DNA from: Candidatus Babeliales bacterium | GTDB lineage: Bacteria; Babelota; Babeliae; Babelales; JACPOV01 | Direction: 5' to 3' | Assembly (NCBI GenBank): GCA_050250855.1 | Contig: JBFWNW010000003.1 | Coordinates: forward strand, 145,856 to 209,855 | DNA length: 64,000 nt | Shown here: in pieces, positions 19,149-27,623 of the stretch | Numbering within the stretch: position 1 is the first letter of the stretch | Layout: each line of letters begins with the position of its first letter | Position numbers and translations under genes: made by a program | Notes under the pieces: model-generated | What the model was told of the DNA's origin: nothing | Databases searched by the model: none | Seen by the model: the letters and a program-made list of their open reading frames with translations, nothing else

Positions 19149-19545
19149 CTTTAATTCCCCCAATAGTTTTTATGCGGTCAATAACGCCAACCAAAAGATC
19201 ACAAGAACTTTTTGCGTGTGCATGAACCCAAATACTTTGCTCAGAATTATATTTTTGTGCTACATGTTTTTTTACCGCTTCTCCTACGGTATCCAAAGAA
19301 ACTTCATTATTATTAAAAAAGATTTTACCAGCAGTATCAATGGAAATAATAAGCTGCTGCGGCTCTTTACCTGCTTCTTGCGAAGAACCTTTTGGCAAAT
19401 CAATTTTTAATGCATTATGCAACATCGGCGTTGCAACCATAAAAATAATAAGCAACGTTAACGCTGTATCAATAAGTGGAGTTAAACTTACTTCTGGAAT
19501 TACATTGCGTTGACGTTTGCGTTGGTGGTAACGACGCATCATCAT
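19105..19545 (-). CDS. tolR: Biopolymer transport protein TolR/ExbD
   Basis: 146 aa. EVSLTPLIDTALTLLIIFMV is a typical ExbD/TolR TM motif. Confidence 0.85.
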   Translation of the reverse strand: MMMRRYHQRKRQRNVIPEVSLTPLIDTALTLLIIFMVATPMLHNALKIDLPKGSSQEAGKEPQQLIISIDTAGKIFFNNNEVSLDTVGEAVKKHVAQKYNSEQSIWVHAHAKSSCDLLVGVIDRIKTIGGIKDVNIAMQKAIATRA

Positions 19546-19549
19546 AACA

Positions 19550-20236
19550 CTACCTTTTTATAAATAACATTTGTACAAGCCATGACAGTTTGTCTGCCAA
19601 ATTAAACAGCTTGTGTTCAAAACTACGCACTTGTGTATTTAAGTAATGGAACATTAAGAGTGCAGGAATTGCCACTAATAATCCTACCAAGGTAGTAATT
19701 AATGCTTCTGCTATACCGGGTGCAATAGTAGCAATATCTGCTTGTTGCGTTTCACTAATACGAATGAAAGAATGCACCAAGCCCCACACCGTACCAAAAA
19801 GACCAAGTAATGGCGCAGCTGCTGCAGATCCTGACAAAATAGGCAAATATGATTCTTCTTGATACAGCACTTCTTCAATAGTTTGTTCTACATGCTGCAT
19901 TAAAAGTTCTAATTCATGCTCACTCAATGGCATTAAACTTTCTTTAACTTCTAACAATGATTTTAAAAATGATAAATTTTTAGCAACAACGTACCCTGGC
20001 AGCGTGTGAGAAAATGCTGCAGCCATAGTACGTAGATCATCAAGATTGTGAACCTTTTTTAAATAGTTTAGCGCTTCTTTTAATTGCCGCTTTTTAATTC
20101 TAAACATTACTATTTTGTAAAAAAAGACCGTCCAACAAAGAATAGACATGAATAGCAAAATAAGAAGCACAAATTTGGTCATGCTATCTGATTGTGCTAT
20201 TAAATTAAAAAATGCATTACCCTCTAAAAATCCCAT
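19550..20236 (-). CDS. tolQ: MotA/TolQ/ExbB proton-channel protein
   Basis: 228 aa with 3 TM segments. PLLGLFGTVWGLV...IAPGIAEALITTLVGL is typical of TolQ/ExbB. Confidence 0.88.
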   Translation of the reverse strand: MGFLEGNAFFNLIAQSDSMTKFVLLILLFMSILCWTVFFYKIVMFRIKKRQLKEALNYLKKVHNLDDLRTMAAAFSHTLPGYVVAKNLSFLKSLLEVKESLMPLSEHELELLMQHVEQTIEEVLYQEESYLPILSGSAAAAPLLGLFGTVWGLVHSFIRISETQQADIATIAPGIAEALITTLVGLLVAIPALLMFHYLNTQVRSFEHKLFNLADKLSWLVQMLFIKR

Positions 20237-20340
20237 CGCTCTTCCTTTATATAGTGGACAAAAAAATTTTTAAGTACTTTTTACACTTTATAGTAGTGTA
20301 GCGTAGAGTACAAAACTATGACAAGTATTTTAATACTGAA

Positions 20341-20575
20341 TATGACCCTTCGATACAATTTACTACGTAAATCACTCAGGGCGAGCGAAATATAATTTTG
20401 TACATTCACTCCGGTAGCGAATCATCAATCTGAAATCGAGGGTTGAAAACCCGAAGAGTGAGTGTTTGATGCTGAGCGAGAGTGCAATCCAACAGCATGT
20501 TGGTGTATTTTTGTCCAGCCCTTTTGTACAAGCAAAAGGGGTTGGTTCTGCCCCGAATAGGGGTCGTGAGATAAT
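20341..20575. other. GC-rich, hairpin-dense intergenic segment (possible ncRNA or degenerate repeat element)
   Basis: Hairpins at cccttttg/caaaaggg (20519-20540), cccc/gggg (20551-20563) and gggtt/aaccc. Shares the 17-mer acccttcgatacaattt (20345-20361) with 29685-29701 in reverse complement. Confidence 0.4.
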
Positions 20576-20622
20576 GAATACTTAAAAATAAAATATAGTT
20601 AGAAAAATAATTATTAAAAAAA

Positions 20623-22026
20623 CTATTCTTCTAGCACCCGTTTTTTAAGCTCAGCTTTATCACTAATTCCTTCTTGTACTTGAATGTCGTACGCCTTTTT
20701 GAGCAATGCGCCCATACGCGGTCCTGGTTCTGCTACATCCATTAAATCGCGCCCTTGGAGTAATGGCTTTTCATCCTGCGTAAGAATTTTTAAATTTTTT
20801 GCCTTCTTTAAAAATGCTTGAACATCTTTAAAATTTTTACGCAAAGGACGTGAACTTTTAGAGTTTCTTCCTCGTTTATCAGCTATTGCTAACTTTGCAA
20901 GTTGCTCCATAGTAATATCTGGTGCGAGTGCATGCGCTAATCGCCGATAAGCGGGTGGCCGTGCGCCATTTTCAATAAATTGCATCGGTTGCATATGATG
21001 ACGCACTAATTTACTCACCGCAGCAATAAGATCTTTATTATGCGTAATACGTTTGAGCATTTTTGGTGCTATAATTGCACTTTCACCTTCATGCCCCAAA
21101 CTTTTAATAACGCCCTTAATTTTTTTAGTCGTCGTAACTTTCCCAAGATCATGACACAATGCTGCATAGAGCATCATCAGTTTTTCTTTATCATTTTCAT
21201 ACGTAAGCTGCGCGGCCGCATCTAGCGCTTGCATAGAATGCTCAAAAACATCACCCTCTGGATGCCAACTTTTTTCTTGCTTAACTCCCCGTGTTGCGGC
21301 AAGTTCTGGCAATATTTCATCAAGGCGTCCGATTTTTGCAAGCCAACGAATACCATCTGATGGATATTTTGATTTAAGCAGTAGCTTTTCAAACTCTGTT
21401 TCAATGCGCTCGCGCGAAACATCTTTGATCGACATTTTTTTGCATAATGCGGTCAATGTTTTTGCTGGTTTAAAACCAAACCTGCCAATAAATTGCATGA
21501 CGCGGAAAAAGCGTAAGGGATCTTCTAAAAATAAGGTTGCATCTGGTGCGCGTAAAATTCCTTTTTTTAAATCTTTCAAACCGTGCCAGGGGTCAACTAA
21601 TTTTTTTGAGCTCAGATCAATTGCCATAGCGTTGATCGTCAAATCACGTCGTGCGCATGCTTTTTTTATGCCCATAAAAGGATCGATTTCCACTTTTGGT
21701 TTTCTGCCAGAAGCATCAGTACGCGGCACGGACCAATCAACATCAAGCTTATGCACGCGCAGAACGCCGTACACTTTGCCTACAGTGCTCACTTTACCAA
21801 ATTTTTTTAATAATTTTTCTACCTCATTGAGTGCGAGGCCATGCAGTTCAATATCTAAATCTTTTACCGGCAAACCAAGCAGCAAATCACGCACGGCGCC
21901 GCCAACAAGTAATGCTTGGCCACCATGAGCATCAATCTCATGTACAATTTTTTTTACTAACGGATATTTTCTGAGTATACTGTCAAGGTTTCTTTGTTGT
22001 TCGGCCGTAAGGTTTATAGAATTCAT
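20623..22026 (-). CDS. cca: CCA-adding tRNA nucleotidyltransferase (PolyA_pol family with HD domain)
   Basis: GGAVRDLLLG...DLDIE nucleotidyltransferase motif. RRDLTINAMA. HD-domain HDLGK. Confidence 0.85.
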   Translation of the reverse strand: MNSINLTAEQQRNLDSILRKYPLVKKIVHEIDAHGGQALLVGGAVRDLLLGLPVKDLDIELHGLALNEVEKLLKKFGKVSTVGKVYGVLRVHKLDVDWSVPRTDASGRKPKVEIDPFMGIKKACARRDLTINAMAIDLSSKKLVDPWHGLKDLKKGILRAPDATLFLEDPLRFFRVMQFIGRFGFKPAKTLTALCKKMSIKDVSRERIETEFEKLLLKSKYPSDGIRWLAKIGRLDEILPELAATRGVKQEKSWHPEGDVFEHSMQALDAAAQLTYENDKEKLMMLYAALCHDLGKVTTTKKIKGVIKSLGHEGESAIIAPKMLKRITHNKDLIAAVSKLVRHHMQPMQFIENGARPPAYRRLAHALAPDITMEQLAKLAIADKRGRNSKSSRPLRKNFKDVQAFLKKAKNLKILTQDEKPLLQGRDLMDVAEPGPRMGALLKKAYDIQVQEGISDKAELKKRVLEE

Positions 22027-22049
22027 GACATTCCTATCTTTTTACAAGG

Positions 22050-22859
22050 ATGTTTATGATACGCATTCTCATGTATCATGCTTTTCTTTTACTATTTTTA
22101 TCTATTCCCTATCAAGCATGCGCACTTTTTTCTTTTAAAGATATGGCCAATTGGATGGCGGGCAATAAACAAGAAACATTGCATAAAGAGTTTTCTTGTC
22201 CCCATGAATGCACCTTAAGTGTAGAAAATCATTATGGATCAATATACATTAAAAGTTGGGCACTTTCAAAAATTATGCTCCAAGCAACCAAAACGGCAAA
22301 AGATAAAGATCTTGATTGCGTGCCCTTTGAGACTGAAGTAACCAAAGATACGATTAGCATCACCACACAGCTTGATGCCAAAAAAACAAAACAAGCTCTT
22401 GATTATTATATTATGGTACCGGAACATGTTTGCTTAAAATTAGCAACTAAACAGGGAACTATTAAAGTAAAAAATGTACCGACAAGCATTCATGCAAAAG
22501 TACACAGCGGCTCAATAGAAATTCATGATGCACGCGGCAATCTGTTTTTAAAAAATGAAAATGGCACCATTGTGGTAAGCATGCGCGAACTGCCAGCAAC
22601 AACCCATCTAATGCTGGAAGCACATGGTGCACTGACGCTCTCGCTGCCCCTTGGCGCCAATGCGGACATTAGCGCAAAAGCAACCAATGGCACTATAACG
22701 TCTGACCATTATGTGACGTTCAAACCGTTCACCACGAAATTAAATCAGCAAGCATGGTCTGCCTTTAAACGGGATATTAATGCGTATATAGGAAAAGATG
22801 GTGGCGCAGAGATAAAACTACTGGCCACCAATGGACATATTAAGATACTTGAATATTGA
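22050..22859 (+). CDS. Secreted beta-strand-repeat protein (DUF4097/adhesin-like)
   Basis: Signal peptide. Repeated G-[ST]-I motifs (SGSIEI, NGTIVV, NGTITS, NGHIKI). The start could instead be the ATG at 22056. Confidence 0.5.
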   Translation: MFMIRILMYHAFLLLFLSIPYQACALFSFKDMANWMAGNKQETLHKEFSCPHECTLSVENHYGSIYIKSWALSKIMLQATKTAKDKDLDCVPFETEVTKDTISITTQLDAKKTKQALDYYIMVPEHVCLKLATKQGTIKVKNVPTSIHAKVHSGSIEIHDARGNLFLKNENGTIVVSMRELPATTHLMLEAHGALTLSLPLGANADISAKATNGTITSDHYVTFKPFTTKLNQQAWSAFKRDINAYIGKDGGAEIKLLATNGHIKILEY

Positions 22860-22868
22860 GGTAGTCTA

Positions 22869-23585
22869 TCAATGAAACAACAGTGGAACAATAGTATTAT
22901 GAGCCATATGAGAAATAACCGGTACTAAAGAAAGATTTGTGGTGCTTCTCAATGTACGGTGACGCAGGAAATTACGCACCCCGCTACCAATAGATAAAGG
23001 TAATGGATAACATGAATGGACACTAGCAAAAAGAATTGGCATTAAATAGTTACTCAATCTAGGCATTATCGTAGATGGAGAATAGGTATACAAAAGTTCT
23101 TCAAATATTGGAGCAACTAGTATCGCACCTACCCAAGGTACTTTTTCTTGTGGAAAGCTTTTAGGGGTAAAAAGCAAATAATAAACTTTTGAAATTATCA
23201 CGTTTTGAATAATTCCATAAAGAGTTACTCTTAATCCAGCATAGAGATTTTTTTTAAATGAAAATTGATCAACATTATCATGAAAATGGAAAACTCCTTT
23301 TTCATCTTTATAAAAACATGGGCTACCATTATTAAACTCACTAAGACCTAAATCTGATTTAATAGTTTGAATAATAGTACGAAAAAAGCCATCCTTCTTT
23401 GGTGCTTCATGTTTTTCAGGGCTGCAAGAAGGATTCTGCTTTTCAGCATGCTCTAAGCCTTGCTTGGCAAGAGCAGAGAGATTATTTTTATAGTTCTGCC
23501 ATGAAAGATCTTGCTCTGAACTGGCCGGCTGCCAACCCAAAAACAAAACTATACATACTGCTATTTTTATTACATTCTTATTCAT
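22869..23585 (-). CDS. CPBP (CAAX protease/Abi) family intramembrane protease
   Basis: Motif 1 is APIFEELLY (EExxx), motif 2 is FASVH, motif 3 is HMAHN. Multi-TM protein, 238 aa, with an N-terminal signal-like segment. Confidence 0.65.
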   Translation of the reverse strand: MNKNVIKIAVCIVLFLGWQPASSEQDLSWQNYKNNLSALAKQGLEHAEKQNPSCSPEKHEAPKKDGFFRTIIQTIKSDLGLSEFNNGSPCFYKDEKGVFHFHDNVDQFSFKKNLYAGLRVTLYGIIQNVIISKVYYLLFTPKSFPQEKVPWVGAILVAPIFEELLYTYSPSTIMPRLSNYLMPILFASVHSCYPLPLSIGSGVRNFLRHRTLRSTTNLSLVPVISHMAHNTIVPLLFH

Positions 23586-23779
23586 AAAAACCTATAATAT
23601 TTTAAAAGCTTTAATAATAACGACCCAGAGCACCAATTAGTCTTAACTAATATGCCAGAAAACCATCTTTATGTACAGATACAAAACAGCCAAAATACCC
23701 ATATCTCTATTGACTTTTTATGGATTTATGGCAAATTGGAAATATATAGCATCATGAACCCAAAATAGAGAAAACACTT

Positions 23780-24697
23780 ATGACCCTTAAAAAGATAACT
23801 TTAGCCGCATTACTTGCCGCATACACCTGCCTGCCTCTACAGGCAATGGAAATCGATCCGTTTAAAAAGACTGGGATCCCTACTATGGATCAGCACAGCA
23901 CCCTTGTTAAATTATATGCTGCTGGGATACAAAAATTTGTTAATAGTTCAGTTGGAAAAACAGTTATGCCGTGGTATAGACAAAAATCTATTGATCTCTT
24001 AAAAAATAATCTTTTTTATGACCCCTCATCATATTTCGACGCAAGCCCAGAAATTCAACAGTTGGGTAAAGAAGCTCAAGAAAAATTAGAAATACCACAA
24101 GAACAGCAAGTTCCTATAAAACTTATGGCTATGAAAGTAAATATAGCAGCAGGATATACTCTCCCTACAGGGATATTTATCGGGCCTCCTAGCAAGAGAG
24201 CTCGGGATAAATTAATCTTACTACATGAATCAGCGCATAAAAAATATTATGATTGCGAAATACATTCTATAGAAGAATTATTAAACCTTATTACAAGCTC
24301 TTCTCTAGCTTATTTTTGCACAAAGACTCTAAAAAATTTTAAATTGACAAATAATTCTCTTTCTAAAAAATTTTTAGGCATAACTTCATTTCTAGGATCC
24401 TTGAAACTATTAGGAATTGGTATAGATAATAGTAGTAAATTTCGAGAATCTCGTGCCGACTTTACAGCGTTCCATGCCCTTGGTTGCCATAAGTGTGTAA
24501 GTGAATATTCTGAATTTAGGCCCACTCAAGATTCTGATAGGGGTAAAGAACTGAGAAGAGAAGGTTACTTTCCAAAAAACGATCTGGAAATCATTTCGGA
24601 AAAATTTCGTAAAGAAAATAGAGTTTGTGATTATCATGTTCAGCAGCAACAAAATATTTTCCAAAAAGCATGGCGAAATTTAAGGAACATCTTATGA
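23780..24697 (+). CDS. M48-like zinc metalloprotease paralog A1 (signal peptide, HExxH...ExxAD, C-terminal Cys/His motif)
   Basis: HESAH at nt 24224-24238. Hydrophobic segments follow, then ESRAD at 24446-24460. CHKC...CDYH near the C-terminus. The stop overlaps the next start (ATGA at 24694-24697). Confidence 0.7.
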   Translation: MTLKKITLAALLAAYTCLPLQAMEIDPFKKTGIPTMDQHSTLVKLYAAGIQKFVNSSVGKTVMPWYRQKSIDLLKNNLFYDPSSYFDASPEIQQLGKEAQEKLEIPQEQQVPIKLMAMKVNIAAGYTLPTGIFIGPPSKRARDKLILLHESAHKKYYDCEIHSIEELLNLITSSSLAYFCTKTLKNFKLTNNSLSKKFLGITSFLGSLKLLGIGIDNSSKFRESRADFTAFHALGCHKCVSEYSEFRPTQDSDRGKELRREGYFPKNDLEIISEKFRKENRVCDYHVQQQQNIFQKAWRNLRNIL

Positions 24698-25635
24698 CCC
24701 TTAAAAAGATAACTTTAGCTGCATTACTTGCCGCATACAGTTGCGGCCTGCCTTTACAGGCGATGGAAATCAATCCGTTTAAAAAGACGGGCATTCCTAC
24801 CATGGACCAGCACGGCACCCTTGTTAAAGTATGGGAAACAGGAATTCAAAAAGTTATTCAGCATAATAGCTTTATACGCGAAACTTTTTTGCCCGGAATA
24901 CGTAAAAAGCATAATGGGAACTGGGACCCTGCATGGCTCTCGGATGCAAATCCTGAAATACAACAACTAGGCAAAGAGGCGCAAGAAAAATTAGAAATAC
25001 CTCTGGAACAGCAAGTTCCCATAAAGCTTATGTATGGCAATCGTGCAGCTGGATACACTACCTCTATGGGAATATTTGTCCAAGATTTTAATAACAGGTC
25101 TATAAATAGATTTGTCTTATTTCATGAGGCTGCGCATAGAAAATATTGGGATGACAAACATGAGCTGCATTTTGCATCAACAGATACAGATAGTTTATTA
25201 GGAGCAACAGGAAATTTTTTCTTAGCAAGTTCATTAACCTACCTATTAATCTCAAACGAGTTTAAAAGTATTGCAAAATATTTTGCACTTCCTCAAACGA
25301 AATTTTCAGCTATTGCAAAAATAAGCTCTTCAGTAGGATACTTACTAGCATTTAAAGCTTGGAGAGATTATATAAATAATGAATATCCTAGTAAAAGAGA
25401 TGCCTTTGTAGAATCTCGTGCCGATTATACAGCATTCCATGCTCTTGATTGTCATAAATGTATCAGTGAGAGTTCTGAATTAAGTGCTAGCCAAGATTCT
25501 GATAGAGGTAAAAAACATCGCGAACGAGGTTATTTTCTAAAAGAGGATATGGAAATCATTGCGGAAAAATTCCGTAAGGAAAATAAAATTTGTGATTATC
25601 ATGCTCAGCAAAAAAATATTACACAGAATTTGTAA
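24694..25635 (+). CDS. M48-like zinc metalloprotease paralog B1
   Basis: HEAAH at 25123-25137. ESRADYTAFHAL. DCHKC...CDYH. Start chosen at the conserved MTLKKITLAALLAAY, not the upstream ATG at 24670. Confidence 0.7.
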   Translation: MTLKKITLAALLAAYSCGLPLQAMEINPFKKTGIPTMDQHGTLVKVWETGIQKVIQHNSFIRETFLPGIRKKHNGNWDPAWLSDANPEIQQLGKEAQEKLEIPLEQQVPIKLMYGNRAAGYTTSMGIFVQDFNNRSINRFVLFHEAAHRKYWDDKHELHFASTDTDSLLGATGNFFLASSLTYLLISNEFKSIAKYFALPQTKFSAIAKISSSVGYLLAFKAWRDYINNEYPSKRDAFVESRADYTAFHALDCHKCISESSELSASQDSDRGKKHRERGYFLKEDMEIIAEKFRKENKICDYHAQQKNITQNL

Positions 25636-25655
25636 ATAAAATAGAGAAAACACTT

Positions 25656-26534
25656 ATGAACCTTAAAAAAATAACCCTAACCGCATTACTTGCAGCATAC
25701 AGTTGCGGCCTGCCTTTACAGGCAATGGAAATTGATCCCTTTAAAAAGACTGGCATCCCGACCATGGATCAGCACAGCACCCTTGTTAAATTATATGCAA
25801 CTGGCATACAAAAATTTATTAATAGTTCAATTGGAAAAACAGTTATGCCGTGGTATAGAAACATAAATGCTGCTCTATACAATATCTTTGATAATTCAGC
25901 GTCATATAAGGATGCAAGTCCAGAGGTTCAACAACTGGGAAAAGAAGCACAAGAGAAACTTGGCATACCCCCAGAACAACAAGTCCCTATAAAACTTAGT
26001 GGCAGCTTTTTATCAAATTATAATTCTTCTGCAGGAATATTTATCGGAGATAACTCCAATAACCCAACAAATAGATGGATTCTATTTCATGAAGCGGCAC
26101 ACAGAAAATATTGGGATCCAGATATAGGATTACCAGAAGTTATTCTCAGCTTTCCTTTAACTTATTTCATTGGTACTAGCATTCCAAAAATCTTACAGGG
26201 ATTAGGGCTTATAAATGAATGTAGTGAAGGAATTATCGCCTATTCAATTCTTGCATCATTTGGAATGTTTTCCTATTTTTTAACAAAACATCAAGCCTTT
26301 CGTGAATCTCGTGCTGAGTATACAACTTTACATGCTCTTGATTGCTATGTATGCCCGACAGAAAGCTCTATATTACAATCTAGCCAAGATTCTGAGAGAG
26401 GCAAAGAAGAAAGAAAACTAGGTTATTTTTGTACGGAAGATGTACAAAAAGTAACAGATGAGTTGCGCAAAAAAAATAGATTATGTGCTTATCATGCTCA
26501 ACAGCAACAAAATATTATCCAAAAAGCATGGTAA
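25656..26534 (+). CDS. M48-like zinc metalloprotease paralog A2
   Basis: HEAAH at 26088-26102. ESRAEYTTLHAL. DCYVC...CAYH. The N-terminal 65 aa are nearly identical to A1. Confidence 0.7.
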   Translation: MNLKKITLTALLAAYSCGLPLQAMEIDPFKKTGIPTMDQHSTLVKLYATGIQKFINSSIGKTVMPWYRNINAALYNIFDNSASYKDASPEVQQLGKEAQEKLGIPPEQQVPIKLSGSFLSNYNSSAGIFIGDNSNNPTNRWILFHEAAHRKYWDPDIGLPEVILSFPLTYFIGTSIPKILQGLGLINECSEGIIAYSILASFGMFSYFLTKHQAFRESRAEYTTLHALDCYVCPTESSILQSSQDSERGKEERKLGYFCTEDVQKVTDELRKKNRLCAYHAQQQQNIIQKAW

Positions 26535-26551
26535 AACTTGAGGAACCTCTT

Positions 26552-27523
26552 ATGAACCTTAAAAAGATAACTTTAGCAGCATTACTTGCCGCATACAGCT
26601 GCGGCCTACCTCTACAGGCGATGGAAATCAATCCCTTTAAAAAGACGGGCATTCCTACCATGGACCAGCACGGCACCCTTGTTAAAGTATGGGAAACAGG
26701 GATTCAAAAAGTTATTCAACATAATAGTTTTGTACGCGAAACGCTTCTGCCCAGAATACGTAAAGAAAATATCAATCACTTAAAGGGTAATGAATTTGAA
26801 GACCCTGCATTGCACTTTGATGCAAGTCCTGAAATGCAACAACTAGGCAAAGAGGCGCAAGAAAAACTAGGCATAACACTAGAACAACAAGTTCCTATAA
26901 AAATTATGAAAAATGATGACCCTTTTGATGTTCTGGCCAAGCATAACTCGGCAGGAATATTTATAAAAAATTATAGTACAAAAGATGATTTGAATCAGGA
27001 GCTTAAAAAATCTTTAGATAAGCATGTATTATTTCATGAGTCAGCACACAGAAAATATTGGGATTCAGAGCTAGGAACGGAATTTTCACTGTTTCTAGCA
27101 GGATACCTTCCCATAGCTCTTTCTTCTTTTTATTTAGGATATTCAAAACGAGTTAAAAATACCATTGAACAATACATACCTGATCAAAATCCAGGAGATA
27201 TACAATTTTTGGGAACATGTTCTTATCTTATTTCAATAGGATTGGCGTGGGCTTACTATGCATTTATTAAATATCCTCAACAAAAAAGTGCTTTCATTGA
27301 ATCTCGTGCCGATTATACCGCTTTACATGCCCTTGATTGCCACATTTGCGTAATAAATTGTTCTCAATTGTGGATGAGCCAAGATTCTGATGGGGGCAAA
27401 GAAAGAAAAAAATTAGGTTATTTTCCAAAAGAAGATATCGAAATCATTGCAGAAAAACTCTATAAGAAAAATAGAATCTGTGATTATCATGCTCAGCAAA
27501 AAAATATTACACAAAATTTATAA
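26552..27523 (+). CDS. M48-like zinc metalloprotease paralog B2
   Basis: HESAH at 27035-27049. ESRADYTALHAL. DCHIC...CDYH. Start at the conserved MNLKKITLAALLAAY. N- and C-termini are nearly identical to B1. Confidence 0.7.
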   Translation: MNLKKITLAALLAAYSCGLPLQAMEINPFKKTGIPTMDQHGTLVKVWETGIQKVIQHNSFVRETLLPRIRKENINHLKGNEFEDPALHFDASPEMQQLGKEAQEKLGITLEQQVPIKIMKNDDPFDVLAKHNSAGIFIKNYSTKDDLNQELKKSLDKHVLFHESAHRKYWDSELGTEFSLFLAGYLPIALSSFYLGYSKRVKNTIEQYIPDQNPGDIQFLGTCSYLISIGLAWAYYAFIKYPQQKSAFIESRADYTALHALDCHICVINCSQLWMSQDSDGGKERKKLGYFPKEDIEIIAEKLYKKNRICDYHAQQKNITQNL

Positions 27524-27623
27524 GATACCTAAAACTTTTTGCTTATTGTTTTATTTTTCATCTTTTGCATATTTTTGCTAGACTAAAATTTATATACACT
27601 AAAAATTTTATAGGTAAAAAAGT

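Noticed and set aside
21404-21928. 174-aa plus-strand ORF antisense to cca
   Set aside because: It is fully nested in the cca CDS, whose motifs are unambiguous. Its composition is typical of an antisense frame.
24670-24693. Longer N-terminal extensions of M48-like paralogs B1 (ATG at 24670) and B2 (ATG at 26483)
   Set aside because: All four paralogs align from the conserved M[TN]LKKITL signal peptide. The extensions are not conserved between B1 and B2 and would bury the signal peptide.
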